From Octopus bimaculoides (lineage: Eukaryota), in the NCBI RefSeq assembly GCF_001194135.2, contig NC_068983.1, positions 142,778,264-142,842,263 on the forward strand: 64,000 bases of DNA, read 5' to 3'. The position numbers were made by a program, and so were the translations under genes. A model generated the notes under the pieces. It saw nothing but the letters and a program-made list of their open reading frames with translations, searched no databases and was not told the origin of the DNA. Below, one piece after another: positions 34,701 to 47,000 of the stretch (position 1 is the stretch's first letter; each line of letters begins with the position of its first letter).

Positions 34701-37700
34701 TATTTACTCATTTCTACCCTTCCTGTACTGCTACTTATCACCTCCTCCTTTCCTAGCTATTCCTATTTCTTTCCCCTTCATTTCCTACATACTGATCAAC
34801 CATTCAGCGCACTTCCACTCTTCACTACATTCACCTCTATCCCCATCTCAAACATTCTGTTACTTTCCTCTCACACTCCAATGAACTTATCCTCCTACCC
34901 TTCCCAATTTTTTGTCTGTAGTCTCTCTTATACTTGTTTTCTTGTATCTTGAAAATACTTTGACATCTCATCACCATTATCATCTGTCTTTTTTCAGCTG
35001 CTCCTACCCACCTTCATATAATGTGAGGTAGCCATATATCTCCTCTATAACCAGACCCCTGTGTCTGTCTGTCATAGTTTAGCTTCTCAACACCTGGCAT
35101 AAAGCCACCTCCCTCTCTACCACAGTCCCACTCAGTTGAGGGGATCTTTTTCTTTGTCTCACAAATTATATGTGCCTGTCATGAAAATGGCACTCTGTAA
35201 ACTCTATAAAGTGTTTAGCATGAACATATTACATGCAGAAATTCTATGTATTTGATAGGGCCAGCTATTTGTCACTTTTTAAGTTTTATTTATTGATATA
35301 AACCAGTGCTTCCCCAAGTAGACAGCACTGCCTCTCGGAAGGGCAGTAATAGATAAAATAGTTTCAGGGAATGGTATAGCATGCAAATGTTCTATAGGGA
35401 ATATTTTAGACACATACTGAAAGAAAAATACTACTATTATCAGAATCTTGTTGTTGAACCTCAGCTCAGACTTGACTAAGTAGATCTATGATTAAAACTA
35501 TTCCAGACATAACTTTCATGTCCTTTTAAAGACATGTATCATTACACTATCCAATGTATCCTTACCATTTTTTGAGACAGTAGAGTGTGAATTGAGTGTA
35601 GTTTGGTTACTATTTCTAGTAGGCTGAATGACCACATAGAAACACCCTTGTTAATTCAATACCATATTTTCTGGTATACAAGTTGACTTAGTATATAGTG
35701 TAAACATGTAGTGTAAATATTCAAACATCATCACTATCTTTCCAAATCCTGATGCATTTAACATGGAATTTTTGGTACTTCAAAGTCATATGGATATAAG
35801 TCAACCTACTTTTTCTCATTGAAAATTTTGGTTTGAAAAATTTGATTTGTATGCTGGAAACACAGTATTGCAAATTATAGCCATGTGGTGGAACTTGCTA
35901 CCAGATTTAAAAAATTGATGAGATTTCAAATTGTCTGTAGGGGTACTGAAGCCATTGATACACTTAGTTGTGATAGTACTGCCACAAGTGATTTTAACCA
36001 GCAGTCATTGGTTTTTGAATATCTTCTAAAAGAATTTTGAATATTATTGTACTTTTACTGTTATCATGTAAGGTGCCATTCAAACTAATATTCTTGATAA
36101 GGTTTCACAAAGGACGAGTTAGAAGCTTTGGAAGATAAGTTATTAATTCCATAAGAGTTTTGGATCTACTTTTTGAAAATATTGTCTGAAATCACAAATT
36201 ACTTGATAAATATGTGTTTGTGTATGTTATTCTTTAAAAACATCAGGTATTGTCTGTAATTATAATGAATCAAAAATATGCAGAGATTTTGAAACATTTT
36301 TAATACTGCATGCTGTACTAGTTCACGCATGTTTCTAGTAGAGATGTCTTTTAAAATATCATAGGTAGTTTATAAATACTCAACTGATATTTGATGGCAG
36401 AATGCTTTTTTTCATTTGTCAGTTATGTTTTTAATTTATTGAGTATCTTGCTATTATTTTATGTTCTTTTTCTACTGGAATTTTCTTTCTCTTTTTCTAT
36501 CCTCTATTTTCTCATCTGAATATTCTTTTTAAAAATAGAAAGTAGTTTTGTATGTTGTCAAAACATGTTGTGATGGAAATTCATTTTTATTGAGTTTATA
36601 TACTGTGTAATGTAATTCATTTTCAAAGTCCCAATTTTAATTCCCTAGGGCTTAAAAATGTATTAAATTTTATTCATTCTATATTCTAATGTATGGAGAA
36701 ATTAGCAAGTTTATTATATAACATGCAGCAAAACAGTGAAAGCATGTTGCCTGGTTGTTGGGGTGTTGTGCTCACAATCATAAGATTGTAATTCAGATAT
36801 TTAATCTGGGAAGTATGTTGTATTCTTGAGCCAAACACTTCATTTTATGTTACTCCAGTCCACTCACCTGTAAACGACTAACCCTGTGACAGACTAGCAT
36901 CCCATTCAGAGAGAATGTTGTGATCTTGCTCACTTATACTCCATGGAAAGTGGGTAACTGGCCCTATGAATCCTTGGACCTGAAGACAGTTATGTTCAGG
37001 GAATTATTTCACTGTTTCACAGCAAAACATCTATAATAATAAGTGCAAAATTCTGTCTGTCTCAGTCTACACTTGCTCTACATAGACATATACTTTTTTT
37101 ATAATGGAGATGATCCTGGGATTGAAAATTTGCTCTCCATTGAACATCCATCATTGGGATCTGATTTAAAAGCTTTTGGGTTGCTATTTTTTGCCGGCAA
37201 AGCTTGGCTGATTCACACCATCTTAGTTGCTGTTTGTCAGATGATGTCAGAGATTAAGGGGGAGATAAATGACATTCATTTCGTTAATTTTTCATCGAGA
37301 TAAGAACATTGGGAAAAATTGGCCAACAGTTGGAATTCAACTTGGGACTGGAACAATAGAATGATTGCATTACAGAATTAATTCTCATCCGTCCTTAACC
37401 TCTGATCAAACACCACCAGGGCACATAGTCATTATAGACATATTATAGTCAGGCTATTTAGCTCTCTTCAGAAGCTAGCTTAAAAGTCTGCATGGAGTGC
37501 GGCTTTTAAGCTATATGAACTAATGCTGTTTTCAAGGATTTTTATTTGGTTTTGTAAATTTGAATGTTCTGTAACATGTTTGCATTTTCAACATGCACAT
37601 ATATACACACTAGTTCTTTCCCTGTTTCTCTCTCTCACTCACTCACACACACACACACTCTCAATCATTTAATCATACACACAAACACAATATTGTGATA

Positions 37701-40700
37701 ACTTATTTTCCAATAAACATGAAAAATTTCATATTGATTATGGACTGTATATTTTGTTTTGGATTTTTACTTATTCAGTACAGCTATTTATTTATTTCAA
37801 AAGTTGTATAGGTACTAAACAATAAGCTATAGTTATTTACATTGGATTAACAGCTCCTTAGCACATTCCTTGAATTCATAAATGTGACCAACTGACTGAT
37901 TCAACACCAAAAATATGCTATTTTTCCATCTTGTCTAATTGTTTTAACTCACTACATTTGAATATGTTGGCTCTCCAGTTAACTATATATTCTCCATGCA
38001 GGATACATCCTTGCAAAAATTTCCACTTTAAATTACTTAATGATTGTTTTACACTCAGAATCTCTAGTCTTTGTCTTTTTAAAACTTTGGTAAGTACACA
38101 TAAAACTGTGCTTTGCTAGGGAGGTCAGATGAGACTGAAGTGTGTTCAAGGTGTCACTCTACTTAACAAAGATCAGTCTCATTTCCTCACTTCTGACTGC
38201 ATGTCCCCATCAGTTTTTAATCAATTTGGATTTCAGAGTTGTGCCCCTTAACTTTCTTGGTTATAATTTTCATTAATGCTTATGATATTTCTCTTCATTT
38301 CAGGTGAAATTTGAATTGATTGAAATTTTTCTGTTCACTACATTGTTATATATTGATTTCTTATATTAGCAGAAAATCACAGATTTGTAAGGGAGGGATT
38401 GTAATTGAATTGATTCCAGTGTGTGACTGGGAATTATACATATCACAGTGGCATGAAAAGAGAGGTCAACTGTCAGTGTATATGAACTGAGAAAGTTACA
38501 ATTTCCTTGGATTTTACTGTTTCCTTTAGAGTTTATTATAAATTTTTGTGGAAGCTGAAATATTTCCATGGCCAAGACCATCTCATGTAATTGACAACAC
38601 AAAGTGGTATGTTGTATGCAATACTGCTGCAAAATTGAGTTACTTTTGCAGCGCTGAGTCTAATTCCAATGCATTCTTGTTGTTTAGCCTTAAAACATTC
38701 CAGCCTTGATCAAAAACATTCCATCCATGATCAAAAAACATTCCAACCATGACCATCCTCTCTTTTCACAGTTACATAGGACTATATTATCTATTTTGTC
38801 CCGTCTTTATAGAAGATAATAGGGTGTGATAATAGGAAGATTTAGCTGCTATTTCTAGTAGATTGAGTGATCAAGTAGTAGCTTCATCATTTTAGATATT
38901 TCAATGATACTGCTACAAAGCTAAGTTATCATCCTCTGAGTATTTTCTGGAACTTTTTCTGCATCACAAGCATCATGATCACTATCACCCCTATCATTAG
39001 TATGTTGTGCTTTTCCATCCAACTAAAACTTCATGTTGGATTGGGTTGGGCAGGTCTTCAGCTTACGGTTATGTAGCCATTGCCCTGTCTTAGGAAAAAG
39101 TACATAAATTTGCTTCCTGAAAACAGTTTTCAATCCTTTACCACAAATTCTGATTTCATAGCCACTTGTTTTATAGTTACTTCAAGAATATGCTTGATTC
39201 ATAAGAAAATGGTCCAGTATTGAAAATAAATTTAAACTATTATGGAAAATGGATTAAAAAAGTAAAAATTTTCCAAAAGCTAATACATCAAACAATACTG
39301 TAGAGTCATCATTATTATTTACAATATATTTTATTTCATTTCAGACAAAACGATCAGCATTCAGTGTTACTTCGAGCCGACAGAATTCTTGTTTAACTCT
39401 TTTCACATGGCTCCTTAAATACAAGAATTTACTCCTGTCCAAAGTGAGTTGTTGTTATTATTATTATTATTATTATTAATGTTTGGAAAACGAGGACACT
39501 TGTTCATGGCTCATAAGTTTTGTTTGAAATTTGTTGTTTTAAAATTTAGTATTTGAATTTTTGCTGGCCTGTTTACTAAATAAGCCAGCTCACTTTTCTT
39601 ACAAGTTGGTTTAGTAAAAATGGGGGAAAGAAATATTGAGCTGTAGAGGTGAGATTCGCCACAGAGGATGAGACCAAAAAGCACTCGACAACCTCACTAA
39701 TGAATGACAAACTGATACTCACCCACTTTTAGTTTAGCTGAAAGGTCTTTCAAATAAAAATGATAAACATGATCCCTGAAATCAACATTTGCTGGTTGGT
39801 GGCAGTGGTCCTCTTCAACATAGAACAGAATACCAGTATTTTGCGGATACGAAGACTACAGAAACAAAATTGGTTGAGCCAAGGAATGGATTTGTTGATC
39901 CAAACAAATAGAGCTAAGTGTCAAAGTAATTCCAAACGTAACAATCCTACCTGATGGCACAAAGCTTCATGTGACTGTTGAGAGTAAAAGGGTTATTATT
40001 ACTACTATGGCTTGTGAGCTGGCAGAATCGTTAACACGCTGGACAATTCGTCTGTCTTTATGCTCTGAGTTCAAATTCTACTGAGGCTGACTTTGCCTTT
40101 CATCCTTTTGGGGTTATTAAATTTACCAGTGAAACACTGGGGTCGATAAAATCAACTAGTCTCCTCCCCTCCAATAGGTCTTGTGCCTATAGTAGAATGG
40201 ATTATTGACCTGGCAGAATTGTTAGCATGCTGGGCAAAATGCTTTGCGGTATTTCATCTGTCTTCACATTCTAAGTTTAAATTCTACTGAGGTCAGCTTT
40301 GCCTTTCATCCTTTCAAGGTTGATAAATTAAGTACCAGTTGTGCACTGGGTCAATGCAATCAACTGCTCCTCCCCCTCCCCTAAAATTTCAGGCCGTGTG
40401 CCTAGAGCAGAAAGGATTTTTATTATTATGAAGTATACAAACTGGACAAAAGTACTTAGCAGCATTTCTTCTGGCTTTGCATTCTGAATTCAAATGCTGC
40501 CAACGTCAACTTACTTTTCATTCCTTTTGGGGTTGATAAAATAACTACCTAGGGTTGATGTAATTGACTAACCAATTATCTGAAAATTGATGACCTTGTG
40601 CCAAAATTGAAAAGAATTATTATTATTATTACTACTACTTCAAGGTGGAGGATAGTTGATGAGCAGACTCAGTAGAGCACTGAACATAATGCCTTGAGGT

Positions 40701-43700
40701 ATTAATGTTTTCAATTCAAATCCTCCCAAGGTCAACTTTGTTTTCATCCTTTCAGAGTTGTTAAAATAGAAATCCAGTCATATACTAGGTTAATATAATA
40801 TCATCATCATCATTTAACATCTGCTTTCCATGTTGGATGGTTTGACTGAGGGCTGGTAAGCCAGGAGGCTGTACCAGGCTCCAACCTGATCTAGCAAAGT
40901 TTCTACAGCTGGATGCCCTTCCTAACGCCAACCACAAGAGTGTAGTGGTTGCTTTTTATGTGCCTCTGCACAGCATGCCAATTCCCTATATTTGAAGCCT
41001 TGTACCTATGTTAAAAATCATTGTTACTTATGGATAGTAAATGGCAGAATTAACAGAATTTTGTTTATATTGTCTTTTGGAATTTTGTTACATCACACGA
41101 GGAGTGAGCTTGATGAAATAAGAACCAGTCAAGTACAGTCAGTAAAATGAACTGTACCCTCTGTCTTCAAATTCTGGGTTTTATCTTATATCAGAAATCA
41201 TTGTTTATTATTATTGAAGTGTAGTGGATGACAGAATTGGTTAAGCATTTTGAGTGAGATGACAACCATCTCAGCTAAGTTTATCATCACAATAACTTGT
41301 GGAATGTATAAATATTTATCTCTTATGACATTAAAGGAACAAACATCTTCACACTATAATAATACAGTGCTTGCCTTTACATGTTCAGAAATATCCATCA
41401 ACAGACAGGCAAATATAATATTGATTTTAGGAGAGAGACAGAAGATAGTTGGGATCTTTTCTTTTTGGCTGCCACTTTTCAATTTCTTCAGTTTTGTTCC
41501 AATTGATTTTATATTTGGTGTATCGACGAAATTTTTGTATTGTAATTATTGACATGAAATTCATTTTTGCCATAAATCAATAAATAAAGAGTTAATAGCA
41601 TTCAAAGTTTGCAAATTTTGGGTAATTAAATCAAAAGCCATAGACATATAGGTGCCTTTCCATAGTAATAAGCCAAACTGTTAACCAGCTACTTACTCCT
41701 CTGTTGCTGCCTTGTCAAGCCCCATGGTCATTCTTCGCTTATGAAATGCTTAAAACATGAGGTATGAAGTGGTTGTGAGATGTGCTAAAAATAACAGCTA
41801 AGTAGGCCTTAAATCATGCACCAAACTTTTTTTTTTTTTGCAAAATCACGAATTCCTGTGCATAGAATACAAATTCACAAAAAATTTATGAGGGGTTATA
41901 TGCAAGCACAAAACAGAATTCCACCAATATTTCATTTGTTTACAGTTTGATATTAAAATGTACAAAATGACAGCTTCCAAAATCCTGTTTTCTGACTGGG
42001 TAAAAATGATCAAACTTTAAATCTATGTAACGTTTTAAAACAAGTGAACAAGTGAATTAAGCCCTGAGATTCAGCATGAAAAACTACATCAATACATTTG
42101 AAAATCACTTAATAATAAAACTTCAAAAAGTGCAACCAAACAGAAAAAAAACTGACTACTGCAATGTTCACATTCTATTGAACACTATCAGTCGTGAAAG
42201 TGTCATTAAATAGCTATAAATAGATCGAGAGCATGCCATAGGAACTTATATTGTATTTTCCGTTGGTCGCTACGTTTTATGACGAATGTATATCTCAGTA
42301 ATTATTGTAAAGATCAGGATGACTCAACTTTTAATGTAGAGTCACCCTATTTGTGAGTGATCTGTTGTTATTCTAAGCATGGAATTTTGTCAGTGAACAG
42401 GTCACGGTCTCAAAGCAACGAAAATATTTTGACAAATTAAATTTAAATCTTGAAGTGAATCTAACGATTTTTGTGTTTTTTAAGTGGCTTATAAACACCT
42501 TCCACGCTGCAATTGTTTATTTTAACATTTAACTCAATAATTATATATTCGTTCTTTCAGTTTAGTATTTACTTCTACGAAATCATTAACAAGAATGCTA
42601 ATTCACCTTTAGAAATGAGGAATCTTTGTTCTAAACTTCCGGAAGATTATTACACACGGTAATAAAGCATTTCATTTGTTTGTTTTGCAATTAGAAAGTT
42701 ATCTCCCCTGTACTTTTTAATGAAAATTTTCTCAAATCTACTGGGAATACGACCATCCTTGTGTAACCATTTACCATTATTAAGAATTATTTGTAAATAT
42801 ATACATTTAAATTTTATTGAAGTTGGTTTTATATAATCTTTCACAATTCCTATGAACACAATGATATAGTTTTTTCCCCATCCTTACAGGAGTTAAATGG
42901 TTTCGTAATTTTAAACTTTTGTAATTCAATACAGCCCATATCAATTTCTCTGCAATATAGGAAAAGTTTCTTTTAAGATTTTAGCTGTGCGTATTCTGCG
43001 GTAAACAGAGTTATCTACCCTACTTTGTGATCACTGCTTCTGATTTGATATTTGAATTTTAAAATGTTCGTCTGTTAATTTAATAACCTGTCACATTCTA
43101 ACAGTTATTAAGAATTTTTATTCTTAACATTTTAATAGAACTGATTAAATACTGATATATGACAGCCTTGAGATATATAACTGCTGTGAGTATGTTATGT
43201 AGTCCTAGTTAGCTCTACTTGAACCTACAGTTTGCGTACCCTGTATATGATAGCCCTGTTCATCCTGAATTATAATCTATATTTAGATCTTATCTCAAAT
43301 TCAGATAAATTAGTTTTCAGATTATCTTGTGAACCATACCATCATTGGTTATAGGTTTTCAATGCGTCAAATAATTTATTGTATTTCTGATGATAAGAAT
43401 GGAAAGAGAGTCTTTGCAACTTGAGCAGGATAAATACTACAAGGTATAGGAAAGTAGGTTATACATCATTAGATGTATACCTGACTTTCCTATATAAAAT
43501 TAAAAATATAAACGGAACGCTGAACTCCAGACTATCAACACTAACAACATTTATTCAGGTGGTAAATATATACATCTTTAGCTCTTGTTTGTTGTTACAG
43601 CTTCTGTGTGTGTGAGCATGGTTGTTGGGACGTTGGTATGTAGATGTAAGCGAGCTGTCGAGCGTAAGTCCGAAAGATGGAGAGAGACAGCTAAACACGT

Positions 43701-43980
43701 CCATGCTCAATCGCTGGCCAGCAAGAAAGAGACAGAATAGAAGCGGGAATGCTTGGTTGTTGAATTCCACGCATGCGTGAGACTACGCATGCGCACAGCG
43801 TTACTACAAAGGTATTATTTGATGCACCAGCTTTTCATCAGTTTTCTGACTGAAATGTGCATCTTTCACATAGACATACAACAGGTTTCTGTAAGATTCC
43901 ATGGATCAAATTTCACATTTGCTTAAGGTGCAGCATAGTGGGATCAAACAAATACCACATTGTTGCAAAATAACTTCTTA

Positions 43981-44023
<43 letters not shown>

Positions 44024-47000
44024 TTGCACCCAGATAGGCTGTACTTCAGCCTTTCCTGAAAGTTTGTTATTTTCTTCTTTACAAAGGTTTGCTTCACCTG
44101 GTGTAGCAGTAAATAATTAAAACAGAGATAGGCTTGTTTAATGCATATAACAATTTTAATAATTAGAAAGTCACATGGAGATATATGTTGATCTAGAACA
44201 GAATTTAACCTGTCTTGTTTCTCAGCAGCTATTTTACTGTACATGTGTGTGCTTGGATTTAGTGGAATAGATAGTGTTTCTAAAATGAAGATATAGTATT
44301 GCTGATAATATATATATAGCCTTTTTTTTGTGTGATAAAACAAACCATCTTTGTCTTCGACTGTATTATTCATTATTTTAACAGTTCTCAGAGTGAGTAG
44401 TAATTCTCATTCTTTGTTCACAGAATCACTAATTTTGAGAAGAAAGCAGACATTTTTGTATTTCTCATAGTTGCCGACACAAATGGTTTAAATCACTGTT
44501 ATACAAACAATGGTTATTTTCACCCCAGTAGGAGTTTACCTAAACCTCAAGGCATCAACTCTTTCCCTTCAATCTTCAAATACCCTGCAGTAAGTTTGTA
44601 TTTATTTGTTATTTTAAATGTATTTTTATAAAATTATTTTAATACATATCTCTGATTGTCATTCTATCAATATTAATATTAATCATTGTCATTTAATGTC
44701 TGTGTTCCATGCTGGCATGGGTTGGATGATTTGACAGGATCTGATGTGTCCAATAATTGCATTGTGCTCCAATTTCTTATTTAGGAATGGTTTCTATGGA
44801 TATTCTTCCAAATTCCAACCACCTTACAGTATGGACTGGGTGCTTTTTTGTGCCACCTGTACTATTGTGGTTGCCATGCAGCTTTGCAGAACTATGAACC
44901 CTGTGAGAAGAGGTCAGCTTCATACTAGGGATGAGGAGATTGAACTATGAGAAGGGGGCACAGTGCAGGTTCTTGTAGAAGATCTGCTTGACTACTTGCA
45001 TCTAGTAGGGGAAGAGATAGGTAATGGTGGCCTCAAAAGGCATAAGGTGATTCTTCAAATCAGTTTGCAAGATTGTGTGGGAAAGATGGGGAGGCAGACT
45101 GCCAAAATGAGTAGGGCTGAAGGGTGGATGAGCTTGATGGATTTGTATTTTGTCACCTGGTCTTTGCTATGTTTGGTCAAGAAATGTCATTCTAAATTGG
45201 CTCAACTGATCTACCTACAAACTAATACTAAAGAAAAGGAACAACTCACCATCTCTGTAAAATTTAGAACTGTGTCTTTAGTTTGTTGTGTTTATTTTCA
45301 ACTTCTCTTGTATTGATTGCTTGGAGAGGTGACTATCCATTGGTACATTAAATGAAGGTATACTTCAGTGGTGCACCATCAAACCTGTGTTGTTGTAGGA
45401 TTCATAATCACAAGTTAGCCTTGAATGTCTATGTTTTCAGTTCAAATTCTGCTGCAGTTTTTCATTCCTCACATGTCAATAGTGTCACATACTGAGGTCA
45501 GTTCAGTCAACCTAAATCTTGTTCACTGAAAGTAATTTGCATAGTGTTAGTTAAATGAAATCAGTATTATACTGATATGGTGACAAGTGACATCCACAAA
45601 CTTAAAATTTTATTTGCTGCTGTTTTACTCCATTGAGATCTTTAATGCTTTGAGAAAGGCACTACTGTAACAATACATCTTATCTGTAAATCTAAGATTT
45701 AGTGTCTGTATATGAGAAATCAATATTACATTGATTTGGTAACATTTATATTTGCAAACATAGAATTATATCTGCATGGAATATTATTTCATTTGGGAGG
45801 TGGGGGGGATCTTTTTACTACAGATAAAAATAAATTGTATAGGAGAAAGTGTATGATCAATTACTCCTGTCTTCTCAGTATATTACAGGTGAAAGATGCA
45901 GCTGGTTGAGTCAATAGTTGCATCAGCTAAAGAGTTAGTTGTTAAAAAGTTCAGTCAAGTCACCAGTATTATACTAACCAGCTGTATAAAGATAATTGAG
46001 TAAACTCACTTTTGAAAGAGGTGGAAGCACTGTGTAATTGACAAGTGTTTCATTAACTTGAATTGCAGACTTCTAATCTACTCATGAATGTTGCTTGTGG
46101 ATAGCTGGCTTAACTTTATACACAATATTTAAGGTGTTTTCAAATGGTGTCCTTTCACTTCTCTGATGGTACTCACATTTATTATTTGTAATAACAACAA
46201 TTCGATTTGTTTTTCATTTAGGATCGCAATGTTCATAAGCACTGGCCAAATATTTTGATGATAATCAACAGAAAGAAGTCCCATGATCAAGGATCACAAG
46301 AAAAAGTGATCTGGTTTTATGACAAAGTAAGCATAACATTTTTATTGTATTTAATTCTTTTTATCACAATCCTACTTTCATTAACCTTTTTCATACCAAT
46401 CCACCCAAGGCCACCTCTGATTTTTTTATATGAAATCACTTGTATTCATATTTAATTTAAATCCTTCTCTCGTAGTTTTGTGTAAGAACTTTTTGTTAGG
46501 CTATGTTCCAAACACCAATTAATACATCAATACATAAAAAAGTTATTTTATTGAATACCTAAACACACTTGTTATTTTCAAAATTACTTGAAACCATATT
46601 TCATTAGAAAGAGGGTCACAAAAGGCTTAAGAAACTACACTCACACACATTGATTGATTTTTTTTTTTAATTAGTCTGGGTACCTTTTTGATTACTCAGT
46701 GATGAAATAGGAATAGAATCTATTTTGTTAGATATGTATACTAAAGTAAGTAGTTCTGAAACTCTTGATCAATTCTGGTTGAGCAGTCCTATAGCATGCA
46801 GCTTTTCAAAGTAATGGCTAAATGTGACCTAAGAATGTTGTTTCAGTTATGCCAGACATATGCAGTGTGTGCAGATCACACAGGGTAGCTATTAGGGAAG
46901 TAGGTGGCCAATTTAGCTACTGCATAGGTTAATCAAGACCCAAGCTCACACCATTGGATTCACACTCTAACATGTACTGATGAAATGTATAGGGGTTCCA

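Noticed and set aside
43368-43395. CTGATGA...GAAA...GTC hammerhead-like string
   Set aside because: Stems II and III cannot pair; chance match.
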